Shown here one piece after another: positions 11,284-20,090 of a stretch of DNA of 27,506 nt. The translations under genes were made by a program, and so were the position numbers. The stretch covers positions 1-27,506 of the forward strand of contig JAQGDQ010002465.1 of NCBI GenBank assembly GCA_030141605.1, read 5' to 3'. The notes under the pieces were generated by a model. That model saw only the letters and a program-made list of their open reading frames with translations, was not told the DNA's origin and did no database searches. The stretch is from Tubiluchus corallicola (Eukaryota; Animalia; Priapulida). Every line of letters starts with the position of its first letter. Within the stretch, counting starts at the first letter, position 1.

Positions 11284-11432
11284 ACACTTAATTATATAAT
11301 TGCACAATTTATTAAGTATATTTAACTTATATGATTTAAAATCTTTTCTACGTTTTTATAAAACGTCTTTTAGCAACTACATAGAGGTCTTAATTAATTA
11401 ATAATTTATATACAATTTGGAAGGAGAAATAG

Positions 11433-12692
11433 ATGTCTAAAAGAGACTATTATGATGTGCTTGGAGTTTCAAAAACATCTGATGAAAATGAAATAAAAAA
11501 AGCATATCGAAAGCTTGCTATGAAATACCATCCAGATAAATTTTCAAATGCTTCAGATAAAGAAAAAAAAGAGGCTGAGCAACAATTTAAAGATATAAAT
11601 GATGCTTATCAGGTTTTGTCTGATGAAGAAAAAAGAAGCCAATATGATCGATTTGGTCATGCTGCTTTTGAAAATGGTCATGGCGGGTTTGGTGGATTTG
11701 GCGGATTTGAAAGTGGTGGATTTGGAGATTTAAATGATATTTTCGGTTCTATTTTTGGCGAAGGTTTTGGAGGAGGACGTTCTACTTCTAGAGGAACTAG
11801 GGTTTCTAAGGGAACAGACTTACGATACACTGTGACTATTACTTTAGAAGAAGCTGCAAAGGGTGTAGAAAAAGAAATAAAATATACTCGAGATGGAAGG
11901 TGTTCACAATGTGGTGGCACTGGAGCTAAAAGTGGAACTCCATTAGAAACATGTCCTAAGTGTAAAGGATCTGGAGAAATTAGAGAAAATCAAAGAACGA
12001 TATTTGGAAACTTTCAAAGTGTTAAGGAATGTGACAGGTGTAATGGTAGAGGAAAGATACCAAAAGAAGCCTGCCCTTTATGTAATGGTAAGGGCATCAC
12101 TAGAGATAAGGTCAGTAAAAAAATAAAAATACCTGCTGGGATAGATGATGGCCAAAAATTAAGAATAGAAGGTTTTGGAGAAGCTGGAGAAAATGGTGGA
12201 CCTTACGGAGACCTTTACGTTTTTATTAGGGTAAAAAAGCACAGTATTTTTGAACGTATTGATCAAGATATTCTATGTGAAATACCTATAACATACAAAA
12301 CAGCTACAATTGGTGGAGAAATAGAGGTTCCAACTATTGATGGAAACATAAAACTAAAAGTACCTGCTGGAACTCAAAATGGAAAAGTATTTAAAGTTAG
12401 TGAAAAAGGTATCCCTAGTTTAAGAAGTGGAAGAAGAGGAAACCAACTTATAAGGGTAATTATTGAAATACCTGTGAACTTAACTAGTGATCAAAAATAT
12501 TTACTTGAAAAATTTGATAACACATTAAAAGATAAAAATTATAAGGTTAAAAAAAATTTTTTTCAGAAAATAAAAGATATTCTCCAAATAAAAAAATCTA
12601 AACTTTTGTTTAGATTTTTTTATTTGCTAAACTATAAAAATAAAAAACATATGCATTATCTATGCTGTATAAATAAAGTTATCATGAGATAG
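11433..12692 (+). CDS. dnaJ: Chaperone DnaJ (true stop probably TAA 12589-12591)
   Basis: J domain with HPD, G/F-rich region, four CxxCxGxG repeats. The last ~33 codons run through a terminator hairpin and are probably artefactual. Confidence 0.98.
   Translation: MSKRDYYDVLGVSKTSDENEIKKAYRKLAMKYHPDKFSNASDKEKKEAEQQFKDINDAYQVLSDEEKRSQYDRFGHAAFENGHGGFGGFGGFESGGFGDLNDIFGSIFGEGFGGGRSTSRGTRVSKGTDLRYTVTITLEEAAKGVEKEIKYTRDGRCSQCGGTGAKSGTPLETCPKCKGSGEIRENQRTIFGNFQSVKECDRCNGRGKIPKEACPLCNGKGITRDKVSKKIKIPAGIDDGQKLRIEGFGEAGENGGPYGDLYVFIRVKKHSIFERIDQDILCEIPITYKTATIGGEIEVPTIDGNIKLKVPAGTQNGKVFKVSEKGIPSLRSGRRGNQLIRVIIEIPVNLTSDQKYLLEKFDNTLKDKNYKVKKNFFQKIKDILQIKKSKLLFRFFYLLNYKNKKHMHYLCCINKVIMR
12585..12626 (+). 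terminator. Terminator-like hairpin at the end of dnaJ
   Basis: Perfect 19-bp inverted repeat CAAATAAAAAAATCTAAAC-tttt-GTTTAGATTTTTTTATTTG. Confidence 0.8.
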
Positions 12693-13147
12693 CAAGTTAC
12701 ATAATTTATTAAAAAGTAGGTATACTTTAATCAGGATAAATTATAACCTCCTAAATAAAAACTTGCTTAAGTAATAAAAAAGAATTTATCTAATTAAAAA
12801 ATTAAATAAAATTACAGTAACATTGTAAAAAAATTTTGAATTTAAATTAATAATCATAAATTAAAAACTCATACAATAAAAATATATTTTTATAAAGAAT
12901 TATATTTTTAAATTTTAAATATTTAATTTTTTTATTATTCATGTTAGAATTAATTAGGTGCTTAAAGTAATAACTTCTATGTGACAATTTTATTTTCACC
13001 ACTATTAATTATACATTATTTACTGATACTTTACTTAAGTTTTATATACTAAATAGGCAATTCTTTATTATAGTCAAACATTAATTAGTCTAAAAAATAT
13101 GTATTATTACCTAATTATCTATATATATTAAAATTATAGGAGGAATC

Positions 13148-14161
13148 ATGATAAACCATATGTTAGAAAGATTATTAAAAGGTGAAGCTCTTACTGAACA
13201 ACAAATGATATTTGCAATGGATGAAATAATGGAAGGAAAAGTATCAGATGTACTAATTAGTAGCTTTCTTACATCTCTTAGGGTAAAAGGTGAAAGTATT
13301 GATGAAATAAGTGGTGGAGCAAAGACTATGAGAAAGAGAGCTCCGAAAGTAAACTTTGGAGATAGATTTTTTATTGATACTTGTGGAACTGGTGGATCTG
13401 GAGAAAATATATATAATATATCTACTGCTGCAGCTTTTATCTGTGCTGCAGCTGGGGTACCTGTATTAAAATATGGAAATAGAGCTATATCTAGCAAAAG
13501 TGGTAGCGCTGATGTTTTAGAAAAATTAGGGTGCAATATAAATTTAAGTCCTGAAGAAGTAAAAAAATGCTTAGATGAATTAAACATTGGTTTTTTATTT
13601 GCCCCTAATTTTCATAAGGATATGGAACATGTAACAAAAGTAAGAAAAAATCTAGGGTTTAGAACAATATTTAATATATTAGGTCCATTAATAAACCCTG
13701 CAGATGTAAAAGGACAGCTTTTAGGTGTATTTAATGAAAACCTTACTGAGATTATGGCAGGAGCTCTTAATAATTTAGGAGTTGAACATGCCCTTGTTGT
13801 ACACGGAAAAGATGGATTAGACGAAATAACTGTAAGTGATAAAACAAAAGTGACAGAGTTAAAAAATAAAAAACTAAATACTTACTATATAGAACCTGAG
13901 AATTTTGGGATAGAAAGTGTAGCTAAGAAACACATCAGAGGAGGAACCCCTTCTGATAATGCAAAAATAATAACAGATATATTTAATGGAAATATAGAAG
14001 GTCCAAAAAAGATATATTACTTTTAAACGCAGGAGCAGCATTATATGTTGGTCAAAAAGTAGATTCAATAAAGTCTGGTGTTGAGCTAGCTAAAGAAATA
14101 ATAAAAAATAAAAGTAAAAAATAAGCTTGAAGACTTTATTACTTTTACAAATATTTTTTAA
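13148..14161 (+). CDS. trpD: Anthranilate phosphoribosyltransferase (two apparent frameshifts, ~14005-14010 and ~14110-14113)
   Basis: [55 protein letters not shown]. The C-terminus continues in other frames as [14 protein letters not shown]... and [12 protein letters not shown] (TAA 14159-14161). Confidence 0.93.
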
Positions 14162-14304
14162 TATTAAAATATTAATAAGCATTGTAATCAGTCATTTTAA
14201 TAACTAATTTAAAATATAAAAATTTAATTTATTATAGTAAAATACATAATATTAAACATTCTTTAATAAGGTAAACTTATTTAAAATTTTTATAGGAGGA
14301 AGTA

Positions 14305-15087
14305 ATGGCATTAATTAATTGTAAATTGTTTTCTGAAATATTACAGTTACATGTAGAGGTAAATGTAATACTACCACAAAATTATAAGGGTGAAAAGGTA
14401 CCTGTTTTATATTTATTACATGGATTAAGTGGATCTCAAGATTCATGGATTAGACAAACTTCTATTGAAAGGTATGTTGAAAATTATAACATTGTCATAG
14501 TTATGCCTGACGCCTTTAGAAGTTTTTATACAAATATGAATAATACATTTTTATATGAAACTTTTATAAGTGAAGAACTTCCAAGTATTATAAAAAAAAT
14601 CTTTCCTATAAGCAATAAGAGAGAGGAAACATTTATTGCAGGTTTTTCTATGGGAGGCTATGGTGCTTTTAAAATAGCTCTTTCTTACCCTGATAAATAT
14701 TTCGCTGCTGCTAGCTTATCTGGGGCTCTTAATGTAAAAACTATTAAAAATCGTTATGAAGAAGCTCAAAAAGAGATTAAAAGGGTCATAAATGAATATA
14801 ACGCTATATTTGGACATGAATTAAACTCTAAAGATGACATATATAATTTAGTTAACAATATTAATGAAAAGAAACTTCTAAAGCCAAGACTTTACCAGTA
14901 CTGCGGCAGAGATGATTTTTTATATGAAGACAATATAAAATTTAAATACTTTATACGTGATAAAGATTTTGATCATAACTACCATGAAACTCCAGGTGAC
15001 CATGATTGGTATTATTGTGATAAAGAAATTCAAAATGTATTAAACTGGCTAAACTTAAAAAAAATTGACGAAAAAAAAGAAATCTAG
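14305..15087 (+). CDS. Alpha/beta-hydrolase esterase (tributyrin esterase / S-formylglutathione hydrolase-like)
   Basis: PVLYLLHG, nucleophile GFSMGG, CGRDD acid, PGDHDW histidine. AGGAGG RBS. Confidence 0.9.
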   Translation: MALINCKLFSEILQLHVEVNVILPQNYKGEKVPVLYLLHGLSGSQDSWIRQTSIERYVENYNIVIVMPDAFRSFYTNMNNTFLYETFISEELPSIIKKIFPISNKREETFIAGFSMGGYGAFKIALSYPDKYFAAASLSGALNVKTIKNRYEEAQKEIKRVINEYNAIFGHELNSKDDIYNLVNNINEKKLLKPRLYQYCGRDDFLYEDNIKFKYFIRDKDFDHNYHETPGDHDWYYCDKEIQNVLNWLNLKKIDEKKEI

Positions 15088-15108
15088 ATCAAGGTCTAGG
15101 TTTCTTTT
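15075..15108. terminator. Bidirectional terminator between convergent genes
   Basis: 15-bp stem AAAAGAAATCTAGAT-caag-GTCTAGGTTTCTTTT (two G-U pairs) with A/T-rich ends, overlapping the esterase stop. Confidence 0.75.
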
Positions 15109-15218
15109 AATCACATGTAAATTATATTTAGTATAATATGTAATTTTTTATTTTTAGAGTAATACAAAATCATGTATTTATATAATGTTAATACATTGCA
15201 CAACCGTTTTCTCTATTT

Positions 15219-15743
15219 TTAAAGCAAACTTCCTGTTATCGCATTAAAAAATATTTTTCCTGTATCTTCAATAATCCAATCATTTTCTAACTTTATTAAC
15301 TTTAAGTTGATATCAAATTCATTTACAGGACAGTCTTCGCTTTTAAGGGTTTCAATAATAGATTCTTGCAATCTTTTATCTTCCTTACCACCTGTAAAAA
15401 TATTTATAATCGAACTTTTAGTATTTTCAAGAAAAATTTTCTTTATATCTGGAGATATAATATGTAAGTCTACATTTGCAGAAGTTTTTTCTTCATTATC
15501 AAATGTAACATCTAAAATGTCATACTTTATATTATTTAACATTTCCTTAAGAACATCTTTTTTATCTCCTTCTTCTATATCTAGTTTTAGAAAAAAATTA
15601 TCCTTTGTATATTTATTTGCTTCTTTAAAATCCATTTTCTTTACAGATTCCATGAATTTATTTACAGTTAATTTAGGGCTATTTTGCGAACAAGAAACTA
15701 AAATAATAAATAAAATTACCATAAGCGTTAATTTTTTTAACAT
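15219..15743 (-). CDS. Putative lipoprotein (DUF4878/DUF5105-like)
   Basis: MLKK, hydrophobic stretch and lipobox LVSC. SPK.TV..F start and L.K....W.I end are typical of these families. AGGAGG RBS. Confidence 0.75.
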   Translation of the reverse strand: MLKKLTLMVILFIILVSCSQNSPKLTVNKFMESVKKMDFKEANKYTKDNFFLKLDIEEGDKKDVLKEMLNNIKYDILDVTFDNEEKTSANVDLHIISPDIKKIFLENTKSSIINIFTGGKEDKRLQESIIETLKSEDCPVNEFDINLKLIKLENDWIIEDTGKIFFNAITGSLL

Positions 15744-15756
15744 ATTACCTCCTAAT

Positions 15757-16320
15757 TTAATTTTCTCCTAGTAACCTATCTAAAATTATTGATATTGCTG
15801 ATCTAACTGAAAGATGATTATATGTTGCACTTCCTCTTATTGGATGCAATATATAATCAGAAAGTTTCATTGTTTCTTCAGTAAGTCCCCAACCTGTTCC
15901 AAACAACAATAAAATTGGTTTATCTGTAGAAAAAATTATTTTAGACATTTCACTATAGTTTACACTGTTTTCATAAAAATTAGCAGAAGTTGTAATAACA
16001 AAAGGTTTCTTACTTTCATTTGTTGTTATCTTCCTTACTGATAGTTCTATTGATTCTACTATACAAGTACTAGAAAAAGCTTCTATTCTATCTTTGTTAT
16101 AACTAGAACCAAAGCCTTCCTTCCAGTAATTTATAATTCTTTCTGTTAATTTTTTTTGAGCTTCAACTGGAACAATTATTTGATACTCTTTTATATCATA
16201 AGTTCTACATATTCTAGATATATCATGTATATCAAAATTAGTAACAGATGTTGCAACTATTTCTTTATTCTTATTATATACAGGAAAGTGAACAAGCCCT
16301 AAGTAAATATTAGATCTCAA
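15757..16320 (-). CDS. SPOUT-family RNA methyltransferase (DUF2168 / Tm1570-like)
   Basis: LVHFPVYNK, TNFDIHDISR, LLLFGTGWGL, YNHLSVRSA..IILDRL. TTG start. Confidence 0.88.
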   Translation of the reverse strand: MRSNIYLGLVHFPVYNKNKEIVATSVTNFDIHDISRICRTYDIKEYQIIVPVEAQKKLTERIINYWKEGFGSSYNKDRIEAFSSTCIVESIELSVRKITTNESKKPFVITTSANFYENSVNYSEMSKIIFSTDKPILLLFGTGWGLTEETMKLSDYILHPIRGSATYNHLSVRSAISIILDRLLGEN

Positions 16321-16322
16321 TA

Positions 16323-16850
16323 TTATTTCTCCTTAATTAGTTTTAAGCCATCTAAAAATAAATCAATATTTTTAATGTATTCTTTTGACAAGCTTAAAAT
16401 ATACTCTTTATCTGTTTCATTAATTTTTCTAATTATTTTTCCTGGATTTCCTAAAATCAAAGATGCTTCCTCAATTTTTAACTTATGGGTTACGATAGTA
16501 TTGGCTCCTATGATGCAATTGTCAGGAATAATGGAGCCATCTAAAATAGTACTCCCCATACCAATAAGAACATTATTTCCTATAGTACACCCGTGCAGTA
16601 TAGCTCCATGACCAACAGTTACGTTATCACCTATTTTTGTACTATACTCATGTGAAACATGAATCACACAATTATCTTGTATATTTGATCCATTCCCTAT
16701 TGTAACAAAATTAATATCTCCCCTTACTACAGCTGAAAACCAAACACTAGAATTACTACCTATATTAACATCTCCAATAATTGATGCTGTGTTTGCAATA
16801 TAACATTTTTCTTCCAAGATAGGTTTTTTATTTGAAAGAGCATAAAGCAA
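16323..16850 (-). CDS. Gamma carbonic anhydrase family protein (YrdA-like)
   Basis: Hexapeptide repeats, VRGD, NIQDNCVIH, VTVGH, LHGC metal-binding histidines. TTG start after AGGGGG RBS. Confidence 0.93.
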   Translation of the reverse strand: MLYALSNKKPILEEKCYIANTASIIGDVNIGSNSSVWFSAVVRGDINFVTIGNGSNIQDNCVIHVSHEYSTKIGDNVTVGHGAILHGCTIGNNVLIGMGSTILDGSIIPDNCIIGANTIVTHKLKIEEASLILGNPGKIIRKINETDKEYILSLSKEYIKNIDLFLDGLKLIKEK

Positions 16851-16863
16851 CTTAATTCCCCCT

Positions 16864-17502
16864 TTATTTTATAATAATTTTTTCTCCTAAAAATTTAGGT
16901 TTTGTATCCATTATGTATATATCAATTACTGCTCCTAACCTTGCAAGTCGCTCTCTTATTTTTACTTTTGTAGCAAGCTTTCCATAAACATCTTTTGCAT
17001 TATACCCTATGATATCAAGTGACTTGTTTTTTCCTATAAAAATAGCCCTTTCATTGTGAAATTTCTGTGATATAACTGTAAACTGTACCTGTCCAAATAT
17101 AGCATTTGCTCTAACAATAGAATCTAGTGTTCTAAATCCAGCATAATCTAAGTAAATTTTTTCCTTAGGAATGCCCCTTTCTATTAGATCACTTTGCATA
17201 TTTTTAGGCTCATTATAGTACTCAAATCTATTATCTCCACTGACAATAAAAAAGTCAACTTTATTATTTTTATATAATTCTTCTGCTGCATCTATTCTAT
17301 ATTTATAATATAAATTTATTTTATTTTTAGCTAAGTATTTAGAAGTACCTAAAACAACTCCAACTCTATTTTTAGGTATCATTTCAATGTCTTTATAAGT
17401 TTTCTTATATGAATGCAATATGATAATACTTTCACTTATAATAAATGGTAATAAACATAAAATAAATAAACAGCACATTATTTTCATAATTTTTTTTAAC
17501 AT
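16864..17502 (-). CDS. sanA: SanA/YdcF (DUF218) membrane-anchored protein
   Basis: N-terminal TM helix, VVLGT, SGDN...YNEP, DYAGFRTLDS, SQKFHNERA, RE.LAR, PKFLG. Confidence 0.9.
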   Translation of the reverse strand: MLKKIMKIMCCLFILCLLPFIISESIIILHSYKKTYKDIEMIPKNRVGVVLGTSKYLAKNKINLYYKYRIDAAEELYKNNKVDFFIVSGDNRFEYYNEPKNMQSDLIERGIPKEKIYLDYAGFRTLDSIVRANAIFGQVQFTVISQKFHNERAIFIGKNKSLDIIGYNAKDVYGKLATKVKIRERLARLGAVIDIYIMDTKPKFLGEKIIIK

Positions 17503-17514
17503 AACAAAAACCTT

Positions 17515-18228
17515 TTATTTTTTTAATTTTATTTCATCTAATAATTCTCTCTCTATTTTATTTAGTTTTTTTTTCTTTAATAAGTCTTTTCTTCTTAAAT
17601 AAGTTCTTTCTAAACTTTCTTTTAGCCTCCATAATTTTATCTCTTTATGATTTCCTGAGGTAAGAACCTTTGGAACTTTCATGCCCTTATACTCATAAGG
17701 TTTTGTATAATGTGGATAATCTAAAAGACCATTATAAAAAGAGTCATTTTCATAAGATTCCTTTTTTATAACATTAGGAAGTAGCCTTATAATAGAATCA
17801 GAAATAACCATTGCAGGTATTTCTCCTCCAGTTAAAACATAGTCTCCTATAGAAATTTCATAATCTACAAATTTTTCAATCACTCTTTCGTCTATTCCTT
17901 CATAATGCCCTGCAATAATAGTGATTTCATCTAGTGTTGCAAGTTTATTTGCAATATTTTGATTATATTTTTTTCCTTGAGGCGAAGTATAGATAATAGG
18001 CCCCTGCATGCTATTTAGTATTTTAAAAAAAGGTTCAGGCTTTAAAACCATACCTGATCCTCCACCATAGGGAGTATCGTCTGCTTTTTTGTGTTTATCA
18101 AAACAATAGTCCCTTATATTAATAATACTTATGCACACGCTTCCCTTTTCAATTGCTCTTTTTATTATGCTTTCATTTAAAAATGGCTCAAAAAAATTTG
18201 GGAAAAGCGTAACTATATTTATAGTCAT
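17515..18228 (-). CDS. trmD: tRNA (guanine37-N1)-methyltransferase
   Basis: TLFP, DDTPYGGGSGMVLK, SPQG, GHYEGIDERV, SIGDYVLTGGE, PHYTKP. ATG 18228 preferred over 18246. Confidence 0.98.
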   Translation of the reverse strand: MTINIVTLFPNFFEPFLNESIIKRAIEKGSVCISIINIRDYCFDKHKKADDTPYGGGSGMVLKPEPFFKILNSMQGPIIYTSPQGKKYNQNIANKLATLDEITIIAGHYEGIDERVIEKFVDYEISIGDYVLTGGEIPAMVISDSIIRLLPNVIKKESYENDSFYNGLLDYPHYTKPYEYKGMKVPKVLTSGNHKEIKLWRLKESLERTYLRRKDLLKKKKLNKIERELLDEIKLKK

Positions 18229-18235
18229 ATTTTCT

Positions 18236-18754
18236 TTATTTCTCATTTGATTTCATTCCATATATTAATTCAACATCTATTCTATCTAAATTAAGATCTA
18301 TATTTTTTACAAATTCATAAACGTTTGGAATCATTATTTCACTTTTTGCATTATTTAATATTAAAATATCATGAGCAGCACTATATAAAATATCATCAAC
18401 ATTCCCTAAAAACACATTATTTTCATAAACAGACATACCTATCAAGTCTTCTGGAAAATATAAATCTTTTGACTTTTCACTAATTAATAGCTCTCTATTA
18501 ACTAATACTTCATTATTTATATACTTTAGAGCCTCAGCTTTAGTATTTATTTCCTCTATATTCATAACAATTTTCTTTTCATTAAGTGCTAAAATAGATG
18601 TGACTGTAAAAAGATTTGTTTCATTACTTAAATCTTTTAGTATAATTTTTTTTTTCTCTAACCTTTTATAGTTTGAAATAAGAGAATTTACTTTTAAAGC
18701 ACCTTTTAAGTGATGAGTTCCAGATACTCTGCCAATATTTATAAGCTTTTTCAT
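18236..18754 (-). CDS. rimM: Ribosome maturation factor RimM
   Basis: IG...GTHHLKGALKV, DLIG..V, MIP.V.EFV. Directly upstream of trmD. Confidence 0.93.
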   Translation of the reverse strand: MKKLINIGRVSGTHHLKGALKVNSLISNYKRLEKKKIILKDLSNETNLFTVTSILALNEKKIVMNIEEINTKAEALKYINNEVLVNRELLISEKSKDLYFPEDLIGMSVYENNVFLGNVDDILYSAAHDILILNNAKSEIMIPNVYEFVKNIDLNLDRIDVELIYGMKSNEK

Positions 18755-18772
18755 TTTTCTCCTTAATTTAGG

Positions 18773-19012
18773 TTAATCTAAAAATTCTACTTTAACATTT
18801 AGCTTATCTTTCACCCCTGCAGCTTGAGCTACACCACGTATAGCATTTGCAGTTATCCCGTTTTTTCCAATAACCATACCTAGCTCACCTTCTGCAACTT
18901 TAATTTTATAAACTGCATTTTTATCTGATATCTCTTCCACAATTACTACTTCATCTTGAGTCTTTACCAATTCTTTTACAATAAAATAAAGAAGTGTCTT
19001 CAATTTATCCAT
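18773..19012 (-). CDS. khpA: KH-domain RNA-binding protein KhpA (YlqC)
   Basis: 79 aa with GMVIGKNG KH loop, upstream of rimM. Confidence 0.9.
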   Translation of the reverse strand: MDKLKTLLYFIVKELVKTQDEVVIVEEISDKNAVYKIKVAEGELGMVIGKNGITANAIRGVAQAAGVKDKLNVKVEFLD

Positions 19013-19039
19013 ACCTTACAAACCTCCTAAATTAATATA

Positions 19040-19279
19040 TTAAATAGTTCCTTCCCACTTATTTTCTTTTATGATACTTAAATCAAAATGGTTTTGCTTT
19101 AAGTCTAAAATAATTTCCTTTACATCTTTGATAAAATAATTAGTAATTATAATTTTTATAAGAGCTTTTTTAGGATCTATCGTTCTTACATTTGCTATTC
19201 CTTCATATGCTTCTAAAATTTTATTTATAAAATCTATATTCTTTTTATCAGTTTTAATAAAAAATTCATAACTATGCAT
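19040..19279 (-). CDS. DUF4911-like small protein
   Basis: 79 aa with FINKILEAYEGIANVRTID motif. Overlaps the rsmA stop. Confidence 0.75.
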   Translation of the reverse strand: MHSYEFFIKTDKKNIDFINKILEAYEGIANVRTIDPKKALIKIIITNYFIKDVKEIILDLKQNHFDLSIIKENKWEGTI

Positions 19280-20090
19280 TTATATTCTCTCCATACAGAG
19301 TTTTGTATAGCACGATAAATTTATCAAGCTCTAGACTTTCTCCCCTTATGTCGGTATCTATATTAATTTCTTCAAAGATGGTTACTAGCTCGTCTCTACT
19401 TTTCATGCTAGATAAGTTGTTTATAAGCTTTTTCCTTTTACTACTAAAAGAAAATTTTATAAAATCAAAAAAATGCTCATGATCTTTTATAGTTTTTAGT
19501 TTATCATTTTTTAAAAAATTGATCTCAACAAATGCAGAATCTACTTTAGGGATAGGTGAAAAATAATGATTGGGGACTGTAAAGTGATATATCACTTCAC
19601 TGTATGCTTCTAAAAATATAGTTAAAAATCCCCTGTTTTTCCCCTTTTTAGCAGCCATTCTTTCTCCAACTTCTTTTTGTACCATTATAAATATTTTATA
19701 TATATTTTTCCTGTGATTTACTAACCTTTTTATAATTGGTGATGTAATGTAATAAGGAATATTTGCAACTACTTTCATATTATTATTTAAAAATACTTTA
19801 TTTAAATCTACCTCTAAAAAATCTCCTTTTATTAAATTAAAGTTGCTTCTTGTTTCAAATTTTTTTAATAATACCTCTTGAAGGTCACTGTCTATTTCAA
19901 TAGCTGTAATTTCACTACCAATTTCAATAATTTTACCACTTAAAGCTCCATTTCCAGGACCTATTTCTAAAATTTTATCACTTTTCTTTATGCTCGATAC
20001 ATTTATTATTTTATTTATTATTATATCTGCTTTGTCAGTATCTAAAAAATTTTGACCATACTTTTTTTTATGTTTGTAGCTACTGATCAT
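19272..20090 (-). CDS. rsmA: 16S rRNA adenine dimethyltransferase RsmA/KsgA
   Basis: KKKYGQNFL, LEIGPG.G, EID, VANIPYYIT, MVQKEV, F.P.PKVDS. Confidence 0.97.
   Translation of the reverse strand: MISSYKHKKKYGQNFLDTDKADIIINKIINVSSIKKSDKILEIGPGNGALSGKIIEIGSEITAIEIDSDLQEVLLKKFETRSNFNLIKGDFLEVDLNKVFLNNNMKVVANIPYYITSPIIKRLVNHRKNIYKIFIMVQKEVGERMAAKKGKNRGFLTIFLEAYSEVIYHFTVPNHYFSPIPKVDSAFVEINFLKNDKLKTIKDHEHFFDFIKFSFSSKRKKLINNLSSMKSRDELVTIFEEINIDTDIRGESLELDKFIVLYKTLYGENINA

Noticed and set aside
11370-11393. TTAGCAACT...GAGGTCTTAA upstream of dnaJ as a second CIRCE
   Set aside because: Several mismatches in both arms and the spacer is not 9 nt.
13071-13093. Tandem TAGTC(A/T)AA upstream of trpD resembling an ECF sigma -10 element
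   Set aside because: Short motif in AT-rich DNA with no convincing paired -35 element.
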